The notes under the pieces: model-generated
Seen by the model: only the letters and a program-made list of their open reading frames with translations
Database searches by the model: none
What the model was told of the DNA's origin: nothing
Part shown: in pieces, positions 47,820-57,328 of the stretch
Layout: every line of letters begins with the position of its first letter
Numbering within the stretch: position 1 is the stretch's first letter
Translations under genes and position numbers: made by a program
NCBI GenBank assembly: GCA_963851365.1
Contig: CAWKPA010000006.1
Location: forward strand, 49,353-113,352
DNA: 64,000 bases
Direction: 5' to 3'
Source: an uncultured delta proteobacterium
GTDB lineage: Bacteria > Desulfobacterota > Binatia > DP-6

Positions 47820-49919
47820 TCACTCCGCGCGCAACACCTCGCGCCGGCAGCGCCACGGCCCGACGGCGCCGACGCGCATCCGGTCAGCGCCGCTGCCGAT
47901 CACGAGAGCCGTCTCGAGCGACGCCGTATCCGCGCCGGCACACGCCGTGGGCCGGGCGATGGTCGCGCGCCGCGCCATGACGACGACGCGGACGCGTTCC
48001 CGGCGCGGGCGCGGGCGATGCAGCACGACGCGCAACCGCGGCTCGACCCCGCGGGCGGTCACGAACACGGCCACCTTCTTCTTGCGTTTGCGCGGCGACG
48101 GCGCCAGCGGCCACGATGCTCCGCTGGTCGCGACCAGTTCGCCGGCACCACCGACCTCGTCGAGCAGATCGGCGACGACGACCGTCGCGTCCTCGAGCGC
48201 CATGGTGGGCGGCAGCGACATCACGCCTTTCAGGCGGAGCCGACCTCGGCGCGGCCGGGCGAGCCCAGCGGCGCGGCCGCGCACGGTGAGCCCGGTCACC
48301 TCACCGGGCGTCGGCGGAGTCCAACCGCCGCCGCCGTGCGGCGGCACCCGGCTGCCGCAGAACGTCACGTCGAAGCCCGAGAACGGCGCGCCGCCCGCGA
48401 CCGCCGACGACGGGGTGCACCCGAAGCCGCCCGCGATGTCGTCGTACTGCCACGCGTACGCCGCCGGACACGCGGTCCGGAAGACCACGAAATACGGCGC
48501 TCCGCCGCCGGCGAGCGTCGCCGCGTCGAGCCACGCCTGGTTCGTCACACCCGCCCCGGCCGAGTACAGCGTCAGCGCGGCGCTGGTGTCCGACTCGCAT
48601 CTCCCCAGGCCACTCTCCGTCGGGGGCATGCACAGGTGGGACACCTGCTGGACGGTCATCGTCCCGTCGTTCACCGGGTACGTGGCGGTCTGGCAGGTGT
48701 AGCCCAACGCGCCGGCGAAATAGCCACCGCCCTTCTGCGCGGTCAGATAGCCGCCGCACGGGGTGCCGTCGGGAAGCGGAACGTAGTCGAGCGGCTCCCC
48801 CCCGCAATTCTTCACTTCGCCCGTCGCCGCATCCGTCCAGCCTCGCTCGTTGAAGTGCGGGATGGTCGACTGCGGCGGCTGCGTGTGCAGGCAGACGCCC
48901 TGGCCGGGCGGCAGGGTGTAGGTCGACGCGAAGGTGGGCTGGACGAACTGCGTTCCGGCCTTGCAATCGAGCTGCGAGAAGGCCGTGGGCACCGCCTGAT
49001 TGGGCGATGCCTGGGCCGTACCATCCACCATGTTCTTGGCGCAGTAGAGGTCCAGGTTCGTCACCCGACCACCGTTCGAGCCGCACGTCCACGTCTCGGT
49101 GCGCTCGGTGGCGCACCCGAGCGCGGCCGGCGGATCGGGCCGCTGGCAGCGGGTGCACGGGTCCAGGCACCCGATCACGTCGCCGCCCTCGAGGACCTGC
49201 AGCGGCGCTGGACACGACGCGTCGAGGTCCGACATGCAGCCTGCCGTGTCGCATGCGACGACGTCGGTCGTGCCGGACACCACCTGCCCGCCGCCGATCG
49301 GCGTTGCCGAGGTCTCGACATTGTACCCGGCCGCCAGACTGACGTCGTAGTTCACGGCGTCCGCCGTCGAAGTGACTTCGAACTGCGTGACCGGGTTGGT
49401 CGGCGATCCGCCCCCGTTCCCGGCGCTGCAGTCGAGCAATTGCCGGCCGGAGTTGTCGGTGTCGAAGCACGCCCCCGTGCGACACGAGAGCGTGGCGGGC
49501 GACGCCGACGCATCGAGTGCGCACCCCGTACGAGGCCAGAACGTGCCCGACTCCCACGCCTGCGGCATGCAGAACACGGCGGCCGTGACGCACTTGTCGT
49601 CGGCGCCGCAGGGGGCGCCGCCCGGGCAGTCCGTCGCCGTCGCGCAGGTGCAGAGCCCCGAGTCCGCGTCGCACGCCCCGGACGGGCAGTCCGTGTTCGA
49701 CGCGCACATGCCGGCGAGCGCCCAATTGCCGGACTGCGGCGGATGGGATGCCGGGTCGCTCACGCTGCGCTGGGCGATCCAGATCGGCTCGGCGCAGGCG
49801 CTGCGCAGCGTGTAGGTGTACTGGGTCGCCGGGTCGCATTGCGCCCGCGCACCGGCCGCCCACCCGACGACGCCCAGCCCGAGCGCGATCCCCACCATGC
49901 CCCCGCGAGCGTCCCACAT
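47820..49919 (-). CDS. secreted cysteine-rich thaumatin-like protein with C-terminal extension
   Basis: Signal peptide. Thaumatin-family landmarks are YTYTLRSACAEPIWIAQ (compare ATFTITNNCPYTVWAA), FWPRTGC ... SCRTGAC..DCS..GGG.P.T.FEV.....NYDVSLAAGYN, and a C-terminal ACPAAYAWQYDD ... FDVTFC. There are at least 30 Cys and a ~140-aa basic C-terminal tail. Confidence 0.65.
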   Translation of the reverse strand: MWDARGGMVGIALGLGVVGWAAGARAQCDPATQYTYTLRSACAEPIWIAQRSVSDPASHPPQSGNWALAGMCASNTDCPSGACDADSGLCTCATATDCPGGAPCGADDKCVTAAVFCMPQAWESGTFWPRTGCALDASASPATLSCRTGACFDTDNSGRQLLDCSAGNGGGSPTNPVTQFEVTSTADAVNYDVSLAAGYNVETSATPIGGGQVVSGTTDVVACDTAGCMSDLDASCPAPLQVLEGGDVIGCLDPCTRCQRPDPPAALGCATERTETWTCGSNGGRVTNLDLYCAKNMVDGTAQASPNQAVPTAFSQLDCKAGTQFVQPTFASTYTLPPGQGVCLHTQPPQSTIPHFNERGWTDAATGEVKNCGGEPLDYVPLPDGTPCGGYLTAQKGGGYFAGALGYTCQTATYPVNDGTMTVQQVSHLCMPPTESGLGRCESDTSAALTLYSAGAGVTNQAWLDAATLAGGGAPYFVVFRTACPAAYAWQYDDIAGGFGCTPSSAVAGGAPFSGFDVTFCGSRVPPHGGGGWTPPTPGEVTGLTVRGRAAGLARPRRGRLRLKGVMSLPPTMALEDATVVVADLLDEVGGAGELVATSGASWPLAPSPRKRKKKVAVFVTARGVEPRLRVVLHRPRPRRERVRVVVMARRATIARPTACAGADTASLETALVIGSGADRMRVGAVGPWRCRREVLRAE

Positions 49920-50032
49920 GGGGCTATTCTGCTACGTGCTGCCCGTGCCGAATCCTAGGGGGTCGCGCCGGATTACTCGGGCGCGGTTGACCACGGGCGC
50001 GGGTCCATCGCGCGCCGCCGAACGCCTACCGC

Positions 50033-51385
50033 TCAGCGTCCGAGGCGTCGCACGATCTCGCGGTGACGGGCGCGCGTCAACGGATACGTGCGCGCCAGGA
50101 CGGCACCGATCGCCAGGAACACGGCCGGACCCGCCGCCGTCATCCAGCGGATCGCCTGGCGCGCCGTCTCGGTCTGCTCGCCGCCCTTCCGGTACCCGAG
50201 CAGGTCGAGGATGCCGAGGACGAGGAACACCGCGACGGCGCCGCCCAGCTTGCGCAGGAAGGTGAACATGCCGTTGTAGAGCCCCTCGCGCCGCTCGCCG
50301 CTCTCCAGCTCGTCTTCGTCGATCACTTCGCCGAGCATCGCCCACGGCATCAAGTCGACCGCGGCGAATCCCACGCCGATCAACGGCACGGAGAGGAAGA
50401 CCACCCAGGACGGCCAGCTCGGCTGCACGAGGCCGAGGCCGAGGCTGCACACGATCCACCACGACGACGCGACGACGAACACCTCGGCCTTGTCGCGCCC
50501 CCGCGCCGCACGCAGCCAGAACGGCAGCGCGCCGATCACCGCCACCAGGAACACCACCATCAGCGGCTCGAATTCCCCGGAGCGACCGAGCCAGAAGCTG
50601 ACGTAGAGAATGAGCAGCGCGCTCGCCAGGTCCATCCCGATCCGGCCCATGATGTAGATCGCGGTGAGGCGCATGAAGGTGCGCTGGCGAAATGCGAGGC
50701 GGAACCCGTCCAGCAGGCCGCCCGCAGCAGGCCGCCCCCCGAACTCGGGTCGCTCGAAGGTCACGCGATGGACGGCGAACCACGGCAGTGCGAGCGCGAC
50801 GCCGTAGACGAGACCGGCGGCGGCGAAGCCGGTCCGCCCGCCGCCGAACGCCTCGGCGATCGGGCGGACGGCCAGCGCCGCGAAGATGCCCAGATTCGCG
50901 CCGACCGCGCGATAGGTGTGGAGCGATGTCCGCGCGTCGTACCCGAGAGCCATCTCGGGAATCAGCGCCAGGTACGGCACGGAGAGCACTGTCATCGCCG
51001 TGGTGACGAGGCAGTAGACGACCGCGTAGTACGCGAAGCGCCCCCATTCCGACGCGATGCCCGGATCCGCCCACACGAGCGCGAACGCCGCGCCGTACGG
51101 CAGCGCGCCGAGCAGCAGCCAGGGACGCCGCCGGCCCCACCGCGAGCGCGTCCGGTCGGAGATGCGTCCCATGATCGGGTCGGTGACGGCGTCGACGGCG
51201 CGACCCGCCAGCGGCACGAGCCCCGCCAGCAGCGGTCGCAGGTCAGCCACCTGCACCAGGAAGTAACTCGCGTAGATGAGGGAGAACGCGGCGAGCGCCG
51301 TGTTGGTGCTGAGGTCGCCCAGCGCGAAGACCGCCTTCCGGACGGGTCCGAGCTGCGGCGACGACCCGGCGGGTCCGCGGGTCAT
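50033..51385 (-). CDS. MFS transporter (GPH/MelB-like sugar:cation symporter family)
   Basis: 450 aa with 12 TM helices; includes the GPH-like motif DRTRSRWGRRRPW. Confidence 0.8.
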   Translation of the reverse strand: MTRGPAGSSPQLGPVRKAVFALGDLSTNTALAAFSLIYASYFLVQVADLRPLLAGLVPLAGRAVDAVTDPIMGRISDRTRSRWGRRRPWLLLGALPYGAAFALVWADPGIASEWGRFAYYAVVYCLVTTAMTVLSVPYLALIPEMALGYDARTSLHTYRAVGANLGIFAALAVRPIAEAFGGGRTGFAAAGLVYGVALALPWFAVHRVTFERPEFGGRPAAGGLLDGFRLAFRQRTFMRLTAIYIMGRIGMDLASALLILYVSFWLGRSGEFEPLMVVFLVAVIGALPFWLRAARGRDKAEVFVVASSWWIVCSLGLGLVQPSWPSWVVFLSVPLIGVGFAAVDLMPWAMLGEVIDEDELESGERREGLYNGMFTFLRKLGGAVAVFLVLGILDLLGYRKGGEQTETARQAIRWMTAAGPAVFLAIGAVLARTYPLTRARHREIVRRLGR

Positions 51386-51543
51386 GGGCTCGGCCGTGTG
51401 CCCGAGGGTGTCCCCTCGGGGCGCGGCGTCGCCGCAGGGCCCTGCGTCACCGCCGGAGCCTTCGCATCGGCCGGCGCGGCTGTCAACGGCGACGCGCCGG
51501 ACAGCAGATCGGCGCGAGCCGCCCGCCGCTGGTCCTCCGGGCG

Positions 51544-52434
51544 ATGATGGTCTACCCAGACCGGATGGCAGGACGACTGGAGCATCGGGTGGCCGTCGTG
51601 ACGGGCGGCGGGAACGGCATCGGGCGCGCGACCGTGCTGCGCTTCGTCGCCGAGGGGGCCCGCGTGCTGGTCGCGGATCTCAACGTCGAGACGGGCGAAG
51701 AGACGATCGCCCTGGTGGAGCGGGCGGGGCACGGCGGGCAGGCCCGCTTCCTCCGCACCGACGTCGCCGACGAGGCGCAGGTGCGAGCAGCCATCGAAGG
51801 CGCGCACCACGCCTGGGGCCGCCTCGACTGCGTGTTCAACAACGCCGGCGTCGGCGGCGCCGTGGGGCCGATCACGCACCTCCGGGTGGAGGACTGGGAC
51901 TTCACCATGGCCGTGCTGCTCCGCAGCGTCTTCCTCGGCATGAAGCACGGCGCGCGGATCATGAAAGCGCAGGGCCGCGGCGGCGTCATCCTGAGCACGG
52001 CGTCGGTGGCGGGGCTGTCCGGCGGCGACGGCCCGCAGGCGTACTCGGCCGCCAAAGCGGCCGTCATCAACCTGACACGCGCCGTGGCGCTGGAACTGGC
52101 GGCGGACTGCATCCGGGTGAACTGCATCTGTCCCGGGGGCATCAACACGCCGCTGCTGCACCGCGGCAGCCCCGACGCGATCGCACAAATGCTGGACCGT
52201 GCGCAGCCGTGGCCGGAGCACGGACGGGCGGAGGACATTGCCGCCGCCGCGCTGTATCTGGCCAGCGACGACGCCCGCTTCGTCACCGGCGAAGCGCTGG
52301 TGGTGGACGGTGGTCTCACCTGCGGGGGAGGCAACAGCCTACGCCGGCAACCCGGCGCCGACGGGCCGATGCAGATGGTGGGCGTCGACCGCGGCTCGAC
52401 GGGCGAGCCCAGCACGCTCGGCCCGATCGAGTAG
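51544..52434 (+). CDS. SDR-family short-chain dehydrogenase/reductase
   Basis: Cofactor motif TGGGNGIG, NNAG, and catalytic YSAAK. Confidence 0.85.
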   Translation: MMVYPDRMAGRLEHRVAVVTGGGNGIGRATVLRFVAEGARVLVADLNVETGEETIALVERAGHGGQARFLRTDVADEAQVRAAIEGAHHAWGRLDCVFNNAGVGGAVGPITHLRVEDWDFTMAVLLRSVFLGMKHGARIMKAQGRGGVILSTASVAGLSGGDGPQAYSAAKAAVINLTRAVALELAADCIRVNCICPGGINTPLLHRGSPDAIAQMLDRAQPWPEHGRAEDIAAAALYLASDDARFVTGEALVVDGGLTCGGGNSLRRQPGADGPMQMVGVDRGSTGEPSTLGPIE

Positions 52435-52446
52435 GAGGCGCACGGC

Positions 52447-53187
52447 ATGCTGAGTCTCGCGACTTCGTCATCCTTGATGGATTCCCTGCAGGCGCTCTGC
52501 ACCGCGCATCTCCCGCTCCCCGTGCGGGCCTCCGACTGGCGCGCCGTGAAGGCGTACCTCGAACCGGAGGACCTGACCGTGTACCGCTCGCTCCTGCCCC
52601 GCCCGCTCGCGATGCCGGCGCAGCCGCTCGTCCTCGTCGAGTTCGCCGAGGTGTCCCCTACCTGGCACGAGGGCATCGTCAGCCTCGCGTGTCGCGCCGG
52701 CGACGCCGAGGGCTGGCACGGTCTCTACTGGGCGATCGACTCGTGGTTCCCGTATGCCTTCGGGTTGCTCGTCGGCTATCCGAAGTTCATGGCCGATCGC
52801 ATGACCCTGACCCGCGACGACGCACGCTGGCGCGGCAGCGTCGTCCACGGGGGCCGCACGCAACTGTCGCTCGAGGGAGCTGCGGGTGACGATGCCGCCC
52901 GCTCCCCCGCCCAGGAGGCGCTGCTGGCCCAGCTCGGCGGCCCGGCGACCGAGCGCCCCTATTTCCTGCAGGTCCCGGCAGGCCGTGGTCCGTGGATCAA
53001 CCGGCTGACCTACACGGAGACGATCTCCTGCCCGCTCGAGCAGCGCCCCTGCCGGGTCACGCTGCGCTGCGACTCCGACGAGCCGTGGGCCGCGTTGTTC
53101 CCGAACGGCATCGCCACCGGCGCGGGCAAGCTCCTCGAGACGCGGGGCAGCGGCTTCGGCTGGCTCACCTCCCAGCGCGTCGCCTAG
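52447..53187 (+). CDS. hypothetical protein, possibly acetoacetate-decarboxylase-like fold
   Basis: 246 aa. It contains a GYPK motif that I recall as typical of the ADC family; family assignment is tentative. Confidence 0.4.
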   Translation: MLSLATSSSLMDSLQALCTAHLPLPVRASDWRAVKAYLEPEDLTVYRSLLPRPLAMPAQPLVLVEFAEVSPTWHEGIVSLACRAGDAEGWHGLYWAIDSWFPYAFGLLVGYPKFMADRMTLTRDDARWRGSVVHGGRTQLSLEGAAGDDAARSPAQEALLAQLGGPATERPYFLQVPAGRGPWINRLTYTETISCPLEQRPCRVTLRCDSDEPWAALFPNGIATGAGKLLETRGSGFGWLTSQRVA

Positions 53188-53232
53188 ACGTCGGCCGGCC
53201 GGGCGCTGGCGGTTCCCCCGGCGCGCGGCGGC

Positions 53233-53595
53233 GTGCATACTGCGCAGCCGCCGCGACGGCCGGCGAGTCGCGTGCGCGAGGAGGGAATCGTGGCGAACGG
53301 GTTCACCGTCGAGGTGCTGCCAGGGAACGTGATCGATGACATGGTCGGCAAGATTCGCGAGGCGGCGGGGCAGCCGGGCGCGGCGGCGGCGGTCGCCCGG
53401 TGGCGCGCCGAGCACGGACGCGAGCTGTGGCACGGGCGGGGCCACGATTTCGCCGTCGTCGGCCAGACGCTGATGTACCTGCACGACGCCCCGGATGGGA
53501 CGCTGGTTCCGCACTCGCGGTATCCCGACGGCACCGAGAAGATCTACACGGACGACGCCCACGCCGGGGAGGCCTGGGCGCCGGACGACGCGTGA
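53233..53595 (+). CDS. hypothetical protein
   Basis: About 100-120 aa ORF with coding-like composition (VANGFTVEVLPGNVIDDMVGKIREA...). The true start is uncertain. Confidence 0.3.
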   Translation: MHTAQPPRRPASRVREEGIVANGFTVEVLPGNVIDDMVGKIREAAGQPGAAAAVARWRAEHGRELWHGRGHDFAVVGQTLMYLHDAPDGTLVPHSRYPDGTEKIYTDDAHAGEAWAPDDA

Positions 53596-53653
53596 GGGGT
53601 GCGCGCGTTGGCCTCGCCGCGCCCGGAGGGGTACTGAAGACGGGGAGGTCGTC

Positions 53654-54088
53654 ATGAAAGCACTCGACACGGACAAGGCCGTCGCCGCCCTCAATGCAAT
53701 CCTGGAGATCGAGCTCGCGGGCGTCGTCCGCTACATGCACTACTCCTTCATGATCTACGGCCACGCCCGCATCCCGATCGTGAAGTGGATGCGCGCGCAG
53801 GCCGACGAGTCCCTGCTGCACGCCGCCGAGGCCGGCGAGTTCGTGACGGCGCTCGGCGGCCACCCGTCGCTGGCGATCGGGAAGCTCCTCGAGACCCGCC
53901 ATCACGACATCGACAACATCCTGCAGGAGGCGCTGGAGCACGAGTCGACCGGGCTGGCGCGCTATCGCGAGCTCCTCGAGGTCGCGCGGGACGCGAGCAT
54001 CTCGCTCGAGGAGTACGCCCGCAAGATGATCGCGAGCGAGGAGATGCACGTCGCGGAAGTCCAGAAGATGTTGCGCCGGCCCTCTTGA
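53654..54088 (+). CDS. bacterioferritin-like (ferritin-like diiron superfamily) protein
   Basis: 144 aa with ferritin-like helices (LNAILEIELAGVVRYMHYSFMIYG ... ESLLHAAEAGEFV ... EEMHVAEVQKML). A GGGGAGG Shine-Dalgarno precedes the ATG. Confidence 0.75.
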   Translation: MKALDTDKAVAALNAILEIELAGVVRYMHYSFMIYGHARIPIVKWMRAQADESLLHAAEAGEFVTALGGHPSLAIGKLLETRHHDIDNILQEALEHESTGLARYRELLEVARDASISLEEYARKMIASEEMHVAEVQKMLRRPS

Positions 54089-54124
54089 ACCGGGGGCCGG
54101 GTCGGTGGTACCTCCGCCGCCCCC

Positions 54125-54820
54125 GTGGGATTTCTCTCCGCCAGCACCAGCGTCGTCCGCTTCGTCGCCGCCGCGCCGGCGCGCATCGAGCGCGAGGCGA
54201 TCGCGCAGGCGGTGACCCGGCACGCGTTCCGTGAAGCCGAACTCGGCGATCCGCGCTACACGTCGGGCTGGATCGCGATGCACGATCCGCTGCTCACCAC
54301 GTTCACCCCCGCCGACCTCTTCTTTCACCAGTATCTGGTGGCCGGGTTCCGCTTCGACACCCGTCTGGTGCCGCCGAAGCTCCTCATGTTGGAGCGACGA
54401 CGTCTGGAACGCGAGCGCGCGGAGGCACGCGGGGTCCAGTGGGTGTCGGCCGCGGAACGCAAGGAGATCAAGGAAGAGATCGCCGCGCGGCTGATCGCCC
54501 AAGCGCTGCCGTCCCCTCGCCTGCTGGAGGTGGTCTGGAATCTGGAAACGGGGCGGGTCTACTTCAGCGGCAAGGTGCGTGCCGCCCGCGAGGCGTTCGC
54601 CGAGTGTTTCCGGCGGACGTTCGGCATCACGCCGGTGCCGCTGATCCCATACCTGGCCGCCGAGCATCTCGGGCTCGGCGAAGGCGCCGTCCAGGCGGTG
54701 CGTGGCGTCGAACCGGCCAGCCTCACCGCGACGGAACCGCCGGTCCATGAGCGCCGCGAGGTCGAGCCGGTCGGATTGCCGCCGGTCGAGGCCCGTCACG
54801 AGGGGGAGCTGTTCGAATGA
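54125..54820 (+). CDS. rdgC: recombination-associated protein RdgC, N-terminal part
   Basis: Collinear with the E. coli RdgC N-terminal ~180 aa (SAAERKEIKEEIAARLIAQALP ... LLEVVWNLETGRVYFSG ... VRAAREAFAECFRRTFGITPVPLIP), followed by about 50 extra aa. Confidence 0.6.
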   Translation: MGFLSASTSVVRFVAAAPARIEREAIAQAVTRHAFREAELGDPRYTSGWIAMHDPLLTTFTPADLFFHQYLVAGFRFDTRLVPPKLLMLERRRLERERAEARGVQWVSAAERKEIKEEIAARLIAQALPSPRLLEVVWNLETGRVYFSGKVRAAREAFAECFRRTFGITPVPLIPYLAAEHLGLGEGAVQAVRGVEPASLTATEPPVHERREVEPVGLPPVEARHEGELFE

Positions 54821-55362
54821 ACGAGGACTTCCTGGCCGTCGTGCAGGCGAAGCGCTTCCTCGGGCGGGAGTTCCTCACCTGGCTGGTCCACCGCATCGAG
54901 GAAGGCGGCGGGCGCATGGAGCACGACGGCACGATCATCGAGCTGACGCTCGGCGATCGGGTCGTGCTCGCCGGCACCGGGCCCGACGGGGCGCGCCTCA
55001 CCGTCGCCGGCGAGGGCGACCTGCGCCCCGAGATCGGCGCCGGGCTGCGGCGTGGCAAGCTGCTCGATCAGGCGAAGCTGGCGATCACGCGCGGCGAGCG
55101 CCGCTGGGAGCTGTCGCTCGACGGCGGCTTCCTCACCTACGACGGGCTCCGCTGCCCGGCGCTCGGCGACCGTGACCGCAACCCGAAGGAAGACCCGCGC
55201 GCCGCCCTCGAGAACGACCTCTTCCTGCGCGTCGCCGACATGGAGTCGGCGATCGACGTGCTGGACCGCCTGTTCGCGGAATTCTGCCGGGCGCGCGGGT
55301 CGTCCAGCTGGAGTCGCGAGACGCTACCGGCGCTGCGCGCGTGGGTCGACGGGCTGCGCTGA
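54817..55362 (+). CDS. rdgC: recombination-associated protein RdgC, C-terminal part
   Basis: Collinear with the RdgC C-terminal third (FLTWLVHRIEEGGG ... KLAITRGERRWELSLDGGFLTYDGL ... LFLRVADMESAIDVLDRLF). The ATG overlaps the upstream stop in an ATGA. Confidence 0.6.
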   Translation: MNEDFLAVVQAKRFLGREFLTWLVHRIEEGGGRMEHDGTIIELTLGDRVVLAGTGPDGARLTVAGEGDLRPEIGAGLRRGKLLDQAKLAITRGERRWELSLDGGFLTYDGLRCPALGDRDRNPKEDPRAALENDLFLRVADMESAIDVLDRLFAEFCRARGSSSWSRETLPALRAWVDGLR

Positions 55363-55405
55363 CGCGACGGCGGAGGGGCATCGGCGCCGCAGCCCCTTCC
55401 GGACC

Positions 55406-55915
55406 CTACAGGATCCGCTGCCAGTAGCCCACGTCGACCCAACGGCCGAGTTTGCATCCCACCTCTTTCAGGTGCGCCACCTGCTCCAGGCCGCAGCGCT
55501 CGTGGAGCGCGACGCTCGCCGGATTCGGCAGCGCGATGCCCCCGATGACCGTATGGACGCCGCGCGCCCGGAGGATGGGGAACAGCTCCCCATAGAGCCG
55601 TGAACCGATGCCCAGCCCGACGTGCAGGCGGTCCAAGTAGACCGTGATCTCGGTCGCGAAGCGATAGGCGGAGCGCGCGTGCCAGGGCGTGGCATAGGCG
55701 TAGCCGACGACCCGTCCCTCGAGCTCGGCGATCAGCCAAGGCAACCCAACCGAATCCACCCGCTCGATCCGCCGCGCCATCTCCGCCGCATCGACCGGCT
55801 CCTCTTCGAACGTCACCACCGTGTCCGTGACGTAGCGGTTGTAGATGCGGACCACCGCTTCCGCGTCCGCCACGGTGGCGGCGCGGACCGCCGGCGGCCC
55901 CGGCCTGGTAGTCAC
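55406..55915 (-). CDS. GNAT-family N-acetyltransferase (phosphinothricin-acetyltransferase-like)
   Basis: 169 aa with GNAT fold motifs (RVVGYAYA ... GLGIGSRLYGEL). GTG start at 55915. Confidence 0.8.
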   Translation of the reverse strand: MTTRPGPPAVRAATVADAEAVVRIYNRYVTDTVVTFEEEPVDAAEMARRIERVDSVGLPWLIAELEGRVVGYAYATPWHARSAYRFATEITVYLDRLHVGLGIGSRLYGELFPILRARGVHTVIGGIALPNPASVALHERCGLEQVAHLKEVGCKLGRWVDVGYWQRIL

Positions 55916-56037
55916 GGGCGCATGCTCCTGTCTGCCCCCATCGAGTCGCTGGCTCGAACGTAAGGCAAGGCCTGAGGCGATGTCCATGATCGTCCCGGGG
56001 TGCGCCCGAACGCTCGGCTCGGTATAGGGTGACGGCG

Positions 56038-57213
56038 ATGTCGACCTTTCCCGAGTTCGTCCCCCCGCGCCGCCTGCTCCTCGGCCCCGGACCGTCGCAG
56101 GTCCACCCACGGGTCTTGCTCGCGATGGCCGCGCCGTTGCTCGGGCATCTCGACCCGGTCTTCCTCGCCATGATGGAGGAGGTGCAGGGAATGCTCCGGA
56201 CGGTGTTCGGCACGGCGAACCCCATCACCATCCCGATCTCGGGGACCGGGAGCGCGGGCATGGAATCCTGCCTGGTCAACCTGATCGAGCCGGGGGACCG
56301 GGTGGTCGTCGGGGTGAACGGCGTCTTCGGCGGGCGCATGGCCGAGGTGGCCGAGCGCGCCGGCGCGACGGTGGTGCGCGTCGAGGCGCCATGGGGCACG
56401 ATCGTGCGCCCCGAGCGGGTGGCCGAAGCGCTCCGCGGCTCCGGTCGCGTGAAGCTGGTCGCCGTGGTGCACGCCGAGACATCCACCGGCGCCTGGCAGC
56501 CGCTCGAGGAGATCGGCCGCCTGGCGCACGAGCACGAAGCGCTCTTCGTGGTCGACTGCGTCACGTCGCTCGGGGGCGTGCCGGTCGACGTCGACGCGCG
56601 GGGCATCGACGCCGCCTACAGCGGCACGCAGAAGTGCCTGTCGTGTCCCCCCGGCCTGGCGCCCGTCACGTTCGGTGCGCGCGCGCTCGCCGCCATCGAG
56701 CGGCGACGGACGAAGGTGCAGAGCTGGTACCTCGACGTCGGACTGCTGGCCCAATACTGGGGGACCGACCGCGTCTACCACCACACCGCGCCCATTTCGA
56801 TGACCTACGCCCTGCGCGAAGCGCTCCGGCTCGTGCTGGAGGAGGGGCTCCCCGACCGCTTCGCCCGGCACGCCCGCAACCACCGGGCGCTCGCCGCGGG
56901 CCTCGCCGCGCTCGGGCTGTCGCTGGCCAGCGAGGAGGGCCGGCGCCTGCCCATGCTGAACGCCGTCACCGTGCCCGACGGCGTCGACGAGGCCCGCGTG
57001 CGCCGGACCCTGCTCGATCGGAACGGGATCGAGATCGGGGGTGGACTGGGCCCGATGAAGGGCGTGGTGTGGCGGATCGGCCTGATGGGTGAATCGAGCC
57101 GACCCGAGCACGTTTTCGCGGTTCTCGCGGCCCTCGAGGACGCGCTGCGTGCCGAGGGCCGATCGCTCACGCCCGGCGCGTCGCTGGCTGCCGCCCAGGC
57201 CGAGTACGCCTGA
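56038..57213 (+). CDS. class-V aminotransferase (alanine-glyoxylate/serine-pyruvate aminotransferase-like)
   Basis: PLP-lysine motif SGTQKCL with AGXT-family sequence. An alternative GTG start lies at 56029. Confidence 0.85.
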   Translation: MSTFPEFVPPRRLLLGPGPSQVHPRVLLAMAAPLLGHLDPVFLAMMEEVQGMLRTVFGTANPITIPISGTGSAGMESCLVNLIEPGDRVVVGVNGVFGGRMAEVAERAGATVVRVEAPWGTIVRPERVAEALRGSGRVKLVAVVHAETSTGAWQPLEEIGRLAHEHEALFVVDCVTSLGGVPVDVDARGIDAAYSGTQKCLSCPPGLAPVTFGARALAAIERRRTKVQSWYLDVGLLAQYWGTDRVYHHTAPISMTYALREALRLVLEEGLPDRFARHARNHRALAAGLAALGLSLASEEGRRLPMLNAVTVPDGVDEARVRRTLLDRNGIEIGGGLGPMKGVVWRIGLMGESSRPEHVFAVLAALEDALRAEGRSLTPGASLAAAQAEYA

Positions 57214-57328
57214 AGCACTCGGCACCGGCGATCGCCCGCGGCGGTCGGTCCCCCAGGCGCGCGCGCCTACCCGAGAGCCCGGGCCCTTCCATACCCCTCG
57301 CCTCTTGCTTTCCCAAGAACGTCAGACA

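Noticed and set aside
49932-51140. 402-aa ORF in alternative frame of the MFS transporter locus
   Set aside because: It is R/G-rich and shares the strand but not the frame of a clean 12-TM MFS gene.
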